Shown one piece after another: positions 14,200 through 28,378 of a stretch of 64,000 nt of DNA. Origin of the DNA: Octopus vulgaris (taxonomy: Eukaryota); NCBI GenBank assembly GCA_951406725.2, contig OX597832.1:10230001-10294000 (forward strand), given 5' to 3'. Position 1 is the first letter of the stretch. Every line of letters begins with the position of its first letter. Below the pieces are notes generated by a model that made no database searches, was not told where the DNA came from, and saw nothing but the letters and a program-made list of their open reading frames with translations. Made by a program: the position numbers and the translations under genes.

Positions 14200-15430
14200 A
14201 GCTGATACGTCCAAGAATGTCAGTTTATTGTCATTTTTTTTTCTATTGTGAACTGTATGGATGGCTTTATTGAGTTTACATGATCTAACAGCAATATTAC
14301 TGGTGAGGCAAGAGCATAAAGGTGTTATCAACATATCTATTTCTTCACTACCCACAAAGGGCTAAACACAGAGAGGACAAACAAGGACAGACAAACGGAT
14401 TAAGTCGATTATATCGACTCCAATGTGTAACTGGTACTTATTTAATCGACCCCGAAAGGATGAAAGGCAAAGTCGACCTCGGCAGAATTTGAACTCAGAA
14501 CGTAACGGCATACGAAATACGGCTACGCATATCGCCCGGCGTGCTAACGTTTCTGCAATCAACATATCATAGCCATAGCGTTGGTTTTAGTGGTGTTGAT
14601 CCTAATTCCACACTCTCAAAGCATTCCTTGTACATGTTAGCTATTACCTGTGATAATGCTGAACCCATAGCTGAACCCTCCTTTTGTCGATATATATCAG
14701 TCTCCATACTGAAGTAGGTAGTTTTTATACAGAAGGCCAACATTTCCATCAAGTTCCTTATTGGTATACTAGTGCGTTCTATTGGGTGGATGTCTGCCAC
14801 TAGTTTTTATTATATCACCGATAGTGCTTCACCAGTTGGGACTTTGGTGAGCAGGCTTATAACATCTAGACTCACCACCTGGTTGGCTTTAATGGCGGTA
14901 TCCTTGATCAATTCTGTGAAGTGGGTGGAATTCTTCACGTACGATGTTGACTTTCTTGTTAGTGGACTGATTATATCCACAAGGGAACGCCTCAGAGGAT
15001 GACATGCTGAACCTATACAGCTCAATATAGGTCTTAATGGAATAACACCCTTGTGAATCTTAGTGAAACTGTACAGGTGTGGTAGTTTACTGTGTTGTGT
15101 CAGTTGTCTGTACTTCATTGGTGTAAAGTGATCCTTGTTCTTGATCAAGAACTGTGAGACCTTTGTTCAGTATTGCTTATTCAGAGCTTTCTAGATGTCG
15201 GCTACTAAAAATTTATTATTACTTTCAAATGTGTGAGACGGATTTCAGTCTTCATTGTCTGACCTTTGAGCTTCATAAACTTCTTAATCTGGCGTGTCTT
15301 CACCATTTCAAATTCTTTCATGTACGACTTTTCCAAATCTTGTTCCCTTGTCTTTCTATCATCATCTCTGTATATTTTCCTAAGTAATGAAGATAACATC
15401 TTTTTGATTTTATTATTTAGTTGCTATTTT
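14200..15430 (-). mobile_element. Penelope-like element RT relic (left arm), interrupted by a SINE
   Basis: PHLYSFTKIHKGVIPLRPI, YVKNSTHF, VSLDVISLLTKVP, YRQKEGSAMGSALS, YVD-NTF, VNSIKPSIQFT, LTFLDV; stops and frameshifts. Confidence 0.88.
14338..14557 (-). mobile_element. SINE family B with 11-bp TSD
   Basis: gttctgagttcaaattc..gaggtcgactttgcctttcatcctttcggg core; TSD atcaacatatc at 14327-14337 and 14558-14568. Confidence 0.9.
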
Positions 15431-15434
15431 TACC

Positions 15435-16375
15435 AACGGTTGTGATGGATCCTCTCACGATATGTTGATGGCACCTTTATACTCTGACCCCACCAAGAAG
15501 ATATCCAAGTACTGTTATATCATGTGAACTCAATAAAGCCATCAGTACAGTTCACAATGGAAAAGGGAAAAGAATATCAGGTGGCATTACTGGACGTATT
15601 AACACGCACCAAGTATGGATTCAGGACATCTGTATACCTCAAGCGGACCTTTACTGGAGGATACCTCAATTTCAATTTCCACCATCCATACAGTGTAAAG
15701 TGAGGGATTGCTCAGAGCCTAAAACATCGTGCAAACAATATATGTAGCGATCGTGATACACACCACGAAGAAATGATCAAGATTAATATCGATATGTTAA
15801 GCAACAACTACTCCCAAAGTATACTATCCACTGCAATTATGAAGAAGAAGAAGAAAGAGGATTTGGCCACAGTCTGTATATCCTATGTGAAAGGCCTCTC
15901 TGAAAAGATACAAAAGATATGCAGCACATATAACATCAGGACAGTATTATAGCGTAATATAACAATTCACAAATATCTCATTTTAGTAAAACAACCAATA
16001 GATGAGGATATGACCAAAGACCGCGTTTACTCCATCACATGCAGCAGGTTATACAAAGGCGAAACATGCCACCCACTCAAAATAAGGGTAGAGGAAAATT
16101 GCAAAGCTGTGACACGAGGAGATATTTATAGATAGGGTATAGCTGATCATGTATGGAAAAGATTGAGACTACCTCCCTCTGTGGAATGAAGTTGAAATAA
16201 TAGACAGAGAACACATCCTAAGCAGATCGAGTGTAGATATGAACAGCATATGGGAACCAGTATGACGGAAGGATTGAAAAATATTAGATTCATAAGCACT
16301 AAAATTCACTCCATGATTGTTCACGGGCATATGGCCCTAAGATTCCCTGTTCTATTCCAAGCGCTGACCTGAACA
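15435..16375 (+). mobile_element. Penelope-like element: RT C-terminus + GIY-YIG endonuclease + start of 3' pseudo-LTR
   Basis: RYVDGTF, VNSIKPSVQFTME, LLDV, SVYLKRTFTGGYLNF..HHP, VYSITCS..YKGET..LKIR, IADHVW. Confidence 0.88.
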
Positions 16376-16557
<182 letters not shown>

Positions 16558-18840
16558 AAAGGCACTCACGAAGGTCCATAATTGGAAATCCCCCGGTAAA
16601 GATAAGGTGCCGAATTTCTGGCTCGCATCGCTCCCATGCGCACACGGTAAGCTAGTTCAGCTGCTCAATGGAATTATGAGAGACCCAAAGAAAACACCTG
16701 AATGGTTAGCAAGTGGTATTACTTACCTACTCCCAAAGAATAACGAAACCAACCTTCCAAAAAACTATCGGCCTATAACCTGTCTATCCACCACGTATAA
16801 AATCCTAACATCTATCCTGGCGGAGAAAACATATGCATTCATGGAGAAGAACGATATTTTCCCCATTGAACAAGAAGGGTGCCGCCGAGGCACTTATGGA
16901 TGCAGAGATCAACTGCTAATCAATCGTATGATCCTTGAGAACTGTCACAACAAGCGCAGAAATCTCAGCACCGCATGGATTGACTACAAAAAGTCCTTCG
17001 ACAGTATACCGCATCCATGGATCTTGAGATCGCTGGACATCTTCAAAATTTCCCCTGTGATTTCAAACTTCCTGAAGCACAATATGTCGTTGTGGAATAC
17101 GAATCTCCAATTATACCACTCTAATGGAGTACTTGCCTCAGAAAATATAAACATCAACTGTGGAATTTTTCAAGGTGACTCACTTTCACCTTTAATATTC
17201 TGCATAGACCTAATACCCCTTACAAGTGAATTAAACAGAACAGCGTATGGGTATAAAATTGCCAATAAAAACATAAGCCATCTATTTTATATGGATGACT
17301 TAAAACTTTATGGTAAAGACAATAATGAACTTGAAGGCCTATTGCGCACCGTGAAAGCATTCAGCGATGACATCGGGATGGAGTTTGGACTTCAGAAGTG
17401 TGCCAAGGCCACTTTCCAGAAAGGGAAAGTGAAGACCACAAATTCAGTCGTGTTAGATGTTGACACAGTCATAAGAGAGCTTGAGCAAGAACAAACATAC
17501 AAATATTTAGGGATAAATGAAGGCTCTGGTATTCAGCGTGCAAGCATGAAAGAGAAAATCAGGAAGGAATGTTATAGGAGAGTTCGTGCAGTCCTGAAAT
17601 CTGAACTAAATGCACGTAACAAGGTGTTAGCTATAAATTCCTTAGCAGTTCCAGTTGTTACTTATAGCTACAATGTGTTGAACTGGAATATGAGTGAAGT
17701 AAAGAATATAGATAGGAAAATACGCAAGCTGCTGAGTTGTAATAGGATGCACCACCCAAAGGCAGACGTAGATCGCCTTTACCTTCCCAGAGCCCAAGGA
17801 GGTCGAGGCCTGATCCAATTTGAACTAGCTTACAAAACAACCACAATTGAACTGGCCAAATATCTCGAGATATCGAATGACTGGATGCTAAAGCTCGTGG
17901 AAAATCACGGGAGACGAAAGAAGCTTCATTCTATCATAAAGGAAAGCAACAAATTTGCTATTGATCTCGTGCAGGATACCCCAACGGAACAACCCGAGGG
18001 AAGTACGGCAACTATTGTTGCAAAGAAGGTGAAAATGATGGCAATGAAAAAAGCGCACGAGCAATTGGCTGATAGGTGGGAGGAGAAACCTCTGCACGGC
18101 AAATATGTGACCGCAGCAAACAAGCTGATGTTGACCAGAAGCAAACCCATCAGTGGCTACGGAGCTCAGGGCTAAAAGCAGAGAGCGAAGGTTTCATCCT
18201 GGCTGCTCAAGATCAAAGCCTATTAACCCGGAACTACCAGGCCAATGTGATGAAAAATGGAGCAGACCCAAAATGCCGATTCTGCAACGACATGATTGAA
18301 ACAGTGGACCACCTAATCTCTGGATGTAAAGCCTTAGCACCAGTGGAGTATAAATTAAGACATGACAGAGTTGGCCAATATCTCCACTGGCTAATAAGTC
18401 GGTATTACAATATCAAAACTGCCGACAAGTGGTATAATCACCACCCTGAGGCTGTAACTGAAGGAGAAAATGTAACCATTCAGTGGGACTTTCCAGTACA
18501 TACAGACCGAACCATCAAGGCCAATAAACCAGATATTGTTGTGAAAGACCAAAACAATAAAGTTTGCTTATTGATCGACATGTGCATCCCCTGTGATCAT
18601 AATATCTCAGCGAAAGAGTTTGACAAGCTCAGAAAATATAAAGACCTACTCATTGAAATTGAGAAAATGTGGCATCTCAAGGCGGTTACAATACCAGTGA
18701 TCGTAGGAGCACTAGGAATGATCAAGAAGGGAACCGAAAATTATATGAGAATGATCCCTGGCTTACCATCCCTGCAAGAAGTGCAAAAGATTGTCTTAAC
18801 TGGTACATCACACGTATTGAGAAGAGCATTGTCGATGTGA
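16558..18840 (+). pseudogene. Dong/R4 polyprotein, N-terminally truncated, one frameshift near 18111
   Basis: ORFs 16379-18175 and 18076-18840 join as HGKYVT/RSKQADVD if one C is restored at 18111-18112; the poly-M/I/R N-terminus is only microsatellite read-through. Confidence 0.9.
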
Positions 18841-19002
18841 GAACTGTTGCTGCTCATGTATTTTAATTTAACTTTAAAAAAAAAAAATGAACGAACTACT
18901 GAGTATGGTTCAATGGCCTACCAATGTATACTATGAGTTTCTTTGCCCTAGGAGTCGTGAAGACACTCGGCAAGAAATGGAAGCAAATTTGAAAGAAGAA
19001 GA

Positions 19003-19003
<1 letters not shown>
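16558..19003 (+). mobile_element. 5'-truncated R4/Dong-clade non-LTR retrotransposon (RT + CCHC + restriction-like endonuclease) inserted in (TAA)n
   Basis: RT motifs NWKSPGKD, NYRPITCL, WIDYKKSFDS, GIFQGDSLSP, LFYMDDLKL; CRFC..ETVDHLISGC zinc knuckle; KPDIVVKD..ID..IP..K..KY RLE; about 160 bp 3'UTR; (TAA)n on both flanks, the established Dong target. Confidence 0.95.
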
Positions 19004-19078
<75 letters not shown>

Positions 19079-19082
<4 letters not shown>

Positions 19083-19260
19083 CATCAAAAATACCTTAAG
19101 AATGAGAACCCAGGCTCGAAATTTCCACAAGAAGAAATCTCCACCTGAAGAAGGATAGAGGGTATATCAGCCGAAACGTTGTGTTAACAGCAAACAAGAT
19201 GAGGAAAAATATCCGTCGAATGTAAAAAATGTACATAATACCTCATCTTTTAAATATAGA
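19079..19260 (+). mobile_element. Probable continuation of the PLE pseudo-LTR after the Dong insertion
   Basis: Resumes after (TAA)n and contains a minimal hammerhead motif typical of PLE pLTRs. Confidence 0.6.
19142..19183 (+). ncRNA. Minimal type I hammerhead ribozyme motif (degenerate stem II)
   Basis: cac-CTGAAGA-agg...cc-GAAAC-GTT-gtg; palindromic AACGTT stem III. Confidence 0.6.
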
Positions 19261-19703
19261 AGCGTATATTAAAAATAAGCTTAGAATTGATTCTAACATT
19301 TGAGTAACAACCTCTTTCTCTCACTCTCTCATTTAAGTTGTATTCCCAGTTAGCTAGGCATGTGTATATAAAACGGTTGCTGGATTTCAAAGTTATCCCC
19401 AGAGAGTGACGTTTAAGCCATAGAAAAATGCTACAAATAGGACATTGATATTAAATTATCCTGGCGCTTTCACTAACAAGATTAAATCCACAAATTCATC
19501 CTTTTGCACGCGGGAAGAACATACGCGAGCTTGATTATGGTACTTAGTATGTTCAGTAGTATATTACTATCATAGATTAAAGGATTTTTTTATAAAAGAA
19601 TTATATGGAATTTATGTAGGCTCAATTCCCCCTTAGATAATGATTTCTCAACAACAAACTCAGAAGCTGTTCTTTCCCCTTCTGTTGCATAAACACACAC
19701 ACA

Positions 19704-19760
<57 letters not shown>

Positions 19761-21608
19761 TCTATGATATCTCTCTCGCACACATACACGCCTTAATTAG
19801 CAGTTCCCAGTGTCACATATTTCCTAAGTCGAAGGGTAACTAGAATATTCATTTAAAATACGATATCCGACCATGCTTACCTGAAATGACGGTTATGATA
19901 TACATATGGGGAGGAAGCGTACTTGTGTGTATGTGTGAGAGAGAGAGTGTATGTGTGTATTCATTCATATATTTTTTATTCATATTGGACTGTGGCGAAT
20001 TTTCACATAATTATGTTTATCAAAATCTAATAAGTTGTGGCATTATAGCTTACACTTCAGCTTAGCACTAGTAATTTATTCCTATATTTTTGAGCATGAT
20101 TGCACCTAGGTTTACTATTAAATTGAAAAGACAGATACCTTAACCACGAACGCAACGTGTCAGCACCAAAGGAAGACAAATGCCATTCCCTTCATCTAAT
20201 TTACATTTAAGGTGCCTTAGACATTGCAAACAAGACGTTTACAATTCCACATTATTAAAAAAACACAGCCACGTTTATGCCCTTCATTATTTAATGGGAA
20301 ACCCATATTCAGCAAATCATAGAATATTTTAGCCTGTATTATTTCCCACAACTTGCACTAAAAGAAGAGTGTAAAGAAATTAAAAATTTATTCAAGACAA
20401 CAAGTGCAATTAACTTTGAAACGAAAACAAAATTCAAAAGCAATCGCGCAACAAACACATGCAAATTCTATCAAATATTAACTTTGGAGAAGATTGAAAA
20501 TATTTGATCATGTTTTTCGGGTGAAGATATCCAGTAACAGTTGAAAAAAATAATAAATTTCAAAAAAATTTTTAATTAAGGCAGTGAAACAAATTTAAGC
20601 AATTTGATGCCCTTACTGTTTGGTATTCGTAAATCTCACCTCATTTTATTTGATCCTTTTGACATTATGGAAAAATATAGGAAATTATCCTTTCGGTCGA
20701 TTGCGTCTGTTTGATAATGTAATACACAACCTTATATTTTTGGGCGTTATGTGATCAAAACTAATTTTTAGGTGTTGATTGATTCCCTAAAATACTGAAA
20801 TATGTGCCTTTTATGTCGTTTCCGCCTACCGCCCGGCTTGTTAACGCCAGCCGTGCAACAAACTAAATGCAACCTGGCGTTTCTGAATTCAAATTTGATA
20901 AACTTTGATTAAGACAACAAATATTTAAAGGTTCACGAGGTTAATATTTTCCCTAAACGATGTAATCATTTGGCTAAAATAATATGAGCTAGAAGAAATC
21001 AATAACCTCCTTCTGATATTGCCATCATTCTTATGATATTAAGAGGGAGGAAAAAATCAAAAATAATTTCAACCGAAGTTAAGGATTCTGCAATAAATTT
21101 CCATAGGCTTGCACTACACTTCCATAAAATTGCCTGAAGTACTTTCCTGAACTGGCTTATTTATTGATTCTGAAATGAAGCGGTGATATTTCAGAGTTTG
21201 AAAGAGATAGTGATGAGCATTATATAGTATCTCGTTGTTGAAATTATCTGATGAGAGTGCCGTACGTCAAAACGCTATATTTTCAGATGAATGAAATAAA
21301 TAACACTGCATTAGCTTTACGTCAAAAAAGGTTTGTTCACATCCCTAACGCAGGATTATTTGAAATATATACGTTGATATATACAGAGGTACGTACATGG
21401 ATACATAGATACATATGTGTGAATGAGTGTGTGTGTGTGTGTATTTGTATAAGAATGAGAGATGACAGAGGAATAAATGATTATGTGAAATAATCATTTA
21501 TTATTTGTCATTTCTCTTATTAGTCGCTCTATACTCAGTCATTATTTCGTTGTGTAACCTACATGTATTAAGTACTGTTATCTCGTTGATGGTCTCGCAA
21601 TACTTAAG

Positions 21609-21685
<77 letters not shown>

Positions 21686-22159
21686 ATACTTTTATATATG
21701 TGTGAGTTCAACGTGAATATAATTACTTCATCATTGAGTCCAACATTAGGTTGTATACCGATAAGGTGTTATAGATTTAATATTTTTTTTAGTTGTTGCC
21801 TCACGCTTCAGGTTCCACTCACCATTTACTGCTTTATCTTGTACTGAATCTTCATTTTGCATTAATGGCATATGTACATTCCATATGTTATTATATCCAT
21901 TAAGTGCAAAAATGAATTGTATAATGCATTGATATCCTCGATCTCGAAAAATTCTTAAAACTAGAAGTACTATACATATTCTGTCCTGCAGTCCACTTTC
22001 CTAATACCAAGTTTTAATTGAAAGTTTCGTGAGAAAAATGCATACTCGAATGCTTTTAAACATGTAACAATTACCCTTCATTTTTTTCTTATTACCTTTA
22101 TTATTGGAGTGGGCTTATTGAGTCGCTATGATGTCAGTTGTAGGCCGTTTAAAACCTTA

Positions 22160-22245
22160 AAATTATTATCATTATTCAGGTCACTGCTTGGAATCGAACT
22201 CGGTATCTTGGGGTTAGTAGCCCACGCTCTAAACCACATGCCAGT
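22160..22245 (-). mobile_element. tRNA-like head + short (TAA)n, same family as 16320-16380
   Basis: Minus strand tggtttagagcgtgggctactaaccccaagataccgagttcgattccaagcagtgacctgaataat. Confidence 0.6.
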
Positions 22246-23280
22246 ATTTAGTATTTGCTTAATATTTCTAGCAAGTCTTGTCATTGTGTGGATGATTTCA
22301 CTTTCACTGATGGTATACTAATATTACTTCCTCCTTAATTTTTCTTGATATATCCTGAAATATTAATCTGCTACCGAAATTAGCTTATGCTGCTTCTAAA
22401 ATATAAATTAACTGCACAAAGATAATATGCTATTTCTTTTAGAAATATTAAGTCGCTTATATAAAATTCTAATAGCCGGCAGTCTAAATTGTCCCTAATC
22501 ATTCACATGAAAAATTATCATTGTTGATATGATCTGCCTGGGAGAAAATAGTCTAAATCTTCACATGTTTAACGAAATATTCCGAGACAGGTGGTTTAAC
22601 AAAACTAACTGTTGTTTATTTTAATTTATGAAAGCATCTATTTTTATTGATATAATTTATAATGGGGTTATGATGAATACAATGGCCGTTGCTTCCTCTC
22701 TAAAACAGTTTACATTCTCAAACTGATTATTCACGTGACACAGATTGTCAAGTGATTACCACCGATATAGCTTCTACCAGGATCAAACGTAGGTCAACTG
22801 GGCTGCCTAAAGAATGTTTCAACCATAGAAGTATGTATGGACATAACAACTTTCATTAGAATTCTCAGAGCAGCTCACGTGTATACTAAGTAATTTTATG
22901 TCGATGTTCTCTGAAATATATCAAACAACTTTTGTTACAGTATTCTTTGCATAAAAGTATGGCATAAAATTATTCGCTGTAGATGACACTGTTCATTATA
23001 GTTGTTATAACAATATTAATTATAGAAATATTCTTCTTGTGATGGGTCGAAACTTCTTGCTTAATAAATAAAGAGTATTTCATTCCCAATATTTGAAAAC
23101 ATGCATTATTTCTACCTATTTTGAGAGATTCAAAATATTCAGTTGTATTTTGAATCAGAAATCTGTTGCTCAAATACACTCGATAGAAAACGTAGTCACA
23201 AGCCTCTCCCCAATGTGTACTTGGATATAATTATTTATGTGCACACGTACACAAATATGTATATATACATACATATATAT

Positions 23281-23362
<82 letters not shown>

Positions 23363-24352
23363 TCAAATAAATATATGAATGCCTATATATGGATAAATGT
23401 ATGTATAAGCATGTACATACGTGTCTATGTACATACATGCGCATGTGTGCGCGTGTATAAATATGTATGTATGAGGAATATTCATAGTGCTTTGAAACAA
23501 CTATATCATGTATCAGCGTTTTCTCATTTATACCCGCATTTTTCGTTTTATCTGCGATTTCTTTAATTCCTGTGTTTTTTAACACCCTTCATTTCCTATC
23601 ATTTGTTTAGAAGAAACATCTAGCAATAAAATAGATATGGGGGTCACAATTATAATCACAAATGCCTATCATATTACTCCACGAAAATATTTCTTTAAAT
23701 AATTCAAATTAAATGCAAATCAATCTTAAATTGATTGCCAATTTTTTCGTCTTTAAATTATTCAAATTTTTCCTTTGAAATCAATCTTTGTATTCTACTG
23801 GGAATTAACTAGAAAACTTTTCGATCGCCCCCAACACACCAACAAACCAACATGGACAGGGCAGATACGAAAACTCTTCAGAGATGTTTGATTGATGAAT
23901 GTTTTGTGGCTTGTTTGAGGTTTCATTTGAAACCTCTGACCTAATCTGTCTCAATCATGAAAACAATGTATATTCTAAATACATATAGTATTCAAATATT
24001 CTAATGGAATCTTCTCGTCTGATTGGATTCGCTTCCGAGTGAAGTAAATAAGAGTGAATGATAGAAAAAGACAATGAGAGAGAAATATAGAAAGAATGTT
24101 CTACTTCTTTTTGTGTGTAACCTTACTTTTACATGCGTTTGAGTATGTGGTTAGTAATATATGATATTTATATATATATGTAAATAACATGAATCGATGT
24201 TGGCGAATGAAGATAAATGGACGGCCAAATAGAATAATATGATTAATATGATATGCGTGTGCGCATGTGTGTATATGTGCTTGTGGGTGTGTGCGTGTGT
24301 TTGTGGGCGTGTGTATAATTTAGTGTGTGCGTCTCAGTACACAAACACACAC

Positions 24353-24398
<46 letters not shown>

Positions 24399-25556
24399 TA
24401 TTAGAATTAATATTAGCACCAGCAGAAGAAGCAGCCGAAATAGAAGCATTGACAGGGTTAAAAAATAGAATGAAGATGGAATGGAAGACAATGATGAGAT
24501 AAAAAGTAATTGAACATCAGGGTGAATACGGAAAACTTTCTACGATTCTCAATCTGTAAAATTCTATCGAATGCCTACTAATAAGATGTGACGTCATTAT
24601 TTTACGATAATATTTCTAATATTTTTTCATTAAAATATATTTCCAAACAATATAAGTATACACATTGATTTAGTTTTCTAATAACATTTATAGATGTTTC
24701 AATTATAAGGTACCAGGCAGTAACAGAGGTCATGATATTTTTTTAATTCATATGGAGATATAAAACGATTTTTAGCAAATTGTATGTCGCACGCATACAC
24801 AGACACACACACACACAAACACAGACAGACAGACACACACACACTCACATACTTACACACATACATACATACATCATCCGCCATGCCAATTAATCTAAAC
24901 ATATATTTTATACTAAGTGTTATCTTCTTATGTATGCAGATTAGAATTTGCAAAAGTTCATTATTGATTCCAAAATCAAAATTAAATATTTTTTAAGTAG
25001 AACACGTCATGCATTTACATCAGGCTCTTTAAATTATCTCGATATACAAGCTTCATATATTCAAAAGTTGAGTCATCTTAATAATTTTGATGAGTTCCCC
25101 AATCATGTTGGATAGCTCATACTTTTCTTGAACAAACAATTCTCTTTTTTCAAAAACATATACGAGAATGATAAATGTTGTGATACACGAAATCGCTCTA
25201 TCAGGAAGAATATGTTTTAAGGATAAGCTTACATATTATGTTTTGTTTTTGTGTGATATTTTGTAAACTTATACTTTAAAAATATAACGTATTTTAGATT
25301 AGAAATATAAATTGCAAACAAAGCAATTTGTATAATAACAATTACAAAATTACCAATAATAGGTGCTATAACAGAAATGGGTTATAGAATCTCAGCATAA
25401 AATTAATGAAACATTCTAAGGCCAAACGTGAAGAAATACTAAAGTATAAAAGTGCTCTGTCAATTTTATTAACATTCAGTTATGCACATACTTGCTCACA
25501 CTCACCCGTACACACACACACACTCACATACACATCCATCCATACATATATATATG

Positions 25557-25614
<58 letters not shown>

Positions 25615-27189
25615 GTGTGTGCGTATGCATATGTATATATATGTATATATTCACTTAACGCTGGTCTATTGAAATATAATTCTAGAATCGGCTTTTCTTA
25701 ATATTACCGATATTCGGAACAGAGAATATCGATTTTCAGATAATATGACTATATGTGAATGTAGGCCTCTTCATCATACTCATAATAAGATGTTGAGTGA
25801 AGAGCATTGCTCAATAATACAAAGACTTTCCAGAAAATGTTTTCTCACTACTGAAATTCTGATGTGAATCGTTGGTACACTTGAGGATATTGGGTTCGAG
25901 TGAGTGAAACCTCGTGTATTTCGGAGGAAAGATTTCATGCCATATCGTCGTATAGAGGGGGTATTTCGAAAATAAGTACAGTGAAATGTGTGTTAAATTT
26001 AATGGACATTTCATGTGTTTTTTTCTTAAATGTAAAATCTGCTGCAAGGAATCTGTCTAAATTTTAACAAACAATAAATTCCAGTTATTGAGCTACAGAG
26101 AAGATCGAAGCCGCAATCTTTCCGCGTATGAGTCGGCTTTATAAAGATAACATAAAAATTAAAATCCGCTGGATTAGAAAATGAAACTCAAATGGTAAAT
26201 TCTATTAAATTTTAAAACCACTCGAATCAACATGTAATGTATATTTTAAAACAATATACACTGATCAAGTCTGAAGAATAATTTAGAAAATGACTTGTTA
26301 AATATTCTGAAATCAAATATTCTCTTTCACTCATAAAACTTGAAGTGAGACTATGAGGAATTGAACAGTGTTACTAACTCGCCGTATGTCGAAAATTAAT
26401 ATTGATTATGAGTGGAATAAGCTGACAATCTGTGTATTATAGCGAGGGAGGAGAATAATTACGGTGTTAAAAATGTAACACAGAATTTAAGTTTCTTAAT
26501 TGAATTAACCAAAACTAGATAAATTGGTTTTGTAAACATAGTATGATTACCGCAGAAATATATTGCTATTCATAGAGTAAGTAAATATAAAATAATATAT
26601 TTGAACCCATTTTTTCCTAAATATATTTATTACGTATGATACTTTTATCTATATAGAAGATTTTCACTCTATTTCTCCATTTATATCAAAATATACTCAA
26701 AAGTACATTTAGAATAATATGAGTATATATAAATTGGAGTTTGTGTGAATATATATGCATTTCTGCTTTTATATACCTGTTAATATTTGTGTATATACTG
26801 ATATTTATGTGTATTCGTTTCCTTAATATTTTTTTATTAGAAAATATTAGATGATGTAATTTATATCAACGTACCTATATGGCTTCCAATTTATTCGCCT
26901 TAAAGTTTAAACGATTCTATTAAACGAGAAAGTAAAAATAAAGCCATAATAAGCGAATAAATGCCGACTTTCACTGTCCAACAGATAACAGTCACAAAGA
27001 AATACAAATTTGATAAAACGAAGTATATAACGGTGAGAAAAATTTTACAAAAATAAGAATTCAATAGAATCACACTTTGTAAAGAGAGAGGAAAACAGAT
27101 AATAGATATATAAGTTAGGCGCACGAAAATAAGAAAAAACAAAAGGTACGGAAATATATATATGGTATCAAAGAAGAAAGAAGAAAATC

Positions 27190-27780
27190 ATTTCGTATCT
27201 TCGAAAATGTCGACATAAGTGAAAGTGAGTAACTAATAAGGAAAAATCTAATAAATTCAGATATAACGGATAATATTTTTAGTTAAGGAAGTTTCTTAAT
27301 CGAATAATATTTATATCATAGAATGCTCAATAAAATAACGCTAAAAGTCAGCTCTTCATTTTCCAACTATTTCGCCTCTTCTCTAAACTTACATAATACA
27401 ACCGTTCTTAACAAAACTAACGGTGAGAGGAACCCTGAGTTAAAATGTAACTGTAAAGACACGAGCAGATGTCTTTTAGATGGAAACTGTATAATTAAGG
27501 GTATTGGGTATAAAGCTAGGATTACAATGGTTAACAGCAGTATGTACAAATTATGCACAGGTTTCATTGAATTGCTTCAGAACGAGGCTATATTTGCATA
27601 GGGAGTATTTGAAGTATCCAGTAAAAAGATGAACAACGAGCCGGGCCAAAATCATATAGAAATTCATGGAAGCAGCATGCACCGCACCAGAAATTTAGTG
27701 TTTCACATTGGAGAAAATGTACGCCACACGGGCACGGAACATAGAGAAACTTTATAAAGTGTCCATTTTTCAAAGCGGGA
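27190..27780 (+). mobile_element. Decayed Penelope-like linker/GIY-YIG fragment
   Basis: LNKITLKVSSS..HNTTVLN..CNCKDTSRCLLDGNCIIKGIGYKARI..KLCTGF. Confidence 0.75.
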
Positions 27781-27920
27781 AGTTGATTATGTTCCAGGAG
27801 CGAGATATATTAACCGTCGAATCAAGCTCCTACGATTTTGCAGGCTTGCTTCTTGGTAACGTATGAGCTGCTGGACAATTTCATATGCATAGCCTATTTA
27901 AAGTTTAGTATATATATATA

Positions 27921-28323
27921 TACAGTAGCATCCACCCTTAGGGGTAGCCATATTGAGATGGCAAATATACGTCACGATGTGTTACCGCTACTGTATATAA
28001 CTCACTTTGATATTTATCATTGTTTGATTTCACTTTTTCAATATCAGCGACAGTGGACGCTGGAAAAAGTATAAGTATTTGTGAAGGAAATCTAATTCTC
28101 GCCGACAACTATGATTGTCACACGCTGACGAGAGGTCAATACCTCGAAACTCGAGTCCGTGTGTATCATAAGTTGAAGGCGGGAAGGATGACTTCCCTTT
28201 GCAAATACTGACAGGACACAGAAAGTGTGTCTATGGCCAGCTGGAGGAGTGTGTCCTCCTGGGGCTAAAAACTACAGTAGCATCCACCCTTAGGGGTAGC
28301 CATATTGAGATGGCAAATATACG

Positions 28324-28327
<4 letters not shown>
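27921..28327 (+). mobile_element. 352-bp hammerhead-containing non-coding element (retrozyme / pLTR-like) with identical 55-bp terminal direct repeat, flanked by (TA)n
   Basis: 27921-27975 is identical to 28273-28327; hammerhead at 28119-28163; no protein-like ORF. Confidence 0.8.
28119..28163 (+). ncRNA. Type I hammerhead ribozyme, intact core
   Basis: cacacg-CTGACGA-gaggt(caat)acctc-GAAAC-tcga-GTC/cgtgtg; all three stems pair; predicted cleavage after 28157. Confidence 0.93.

Positions 28328-28378
<51 letters not shown>

Noticed and set aside
21244-21283. CTGATGA..gtc-AAAAC-gc-TA hammerhead-like text
   Set aside because: G12 missing and stems I and III do not pair
22160-22245. Possible tRNA gene
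   Set aside because: No complete acceptor stem or cloverleaf; continues into repeat-family sequence
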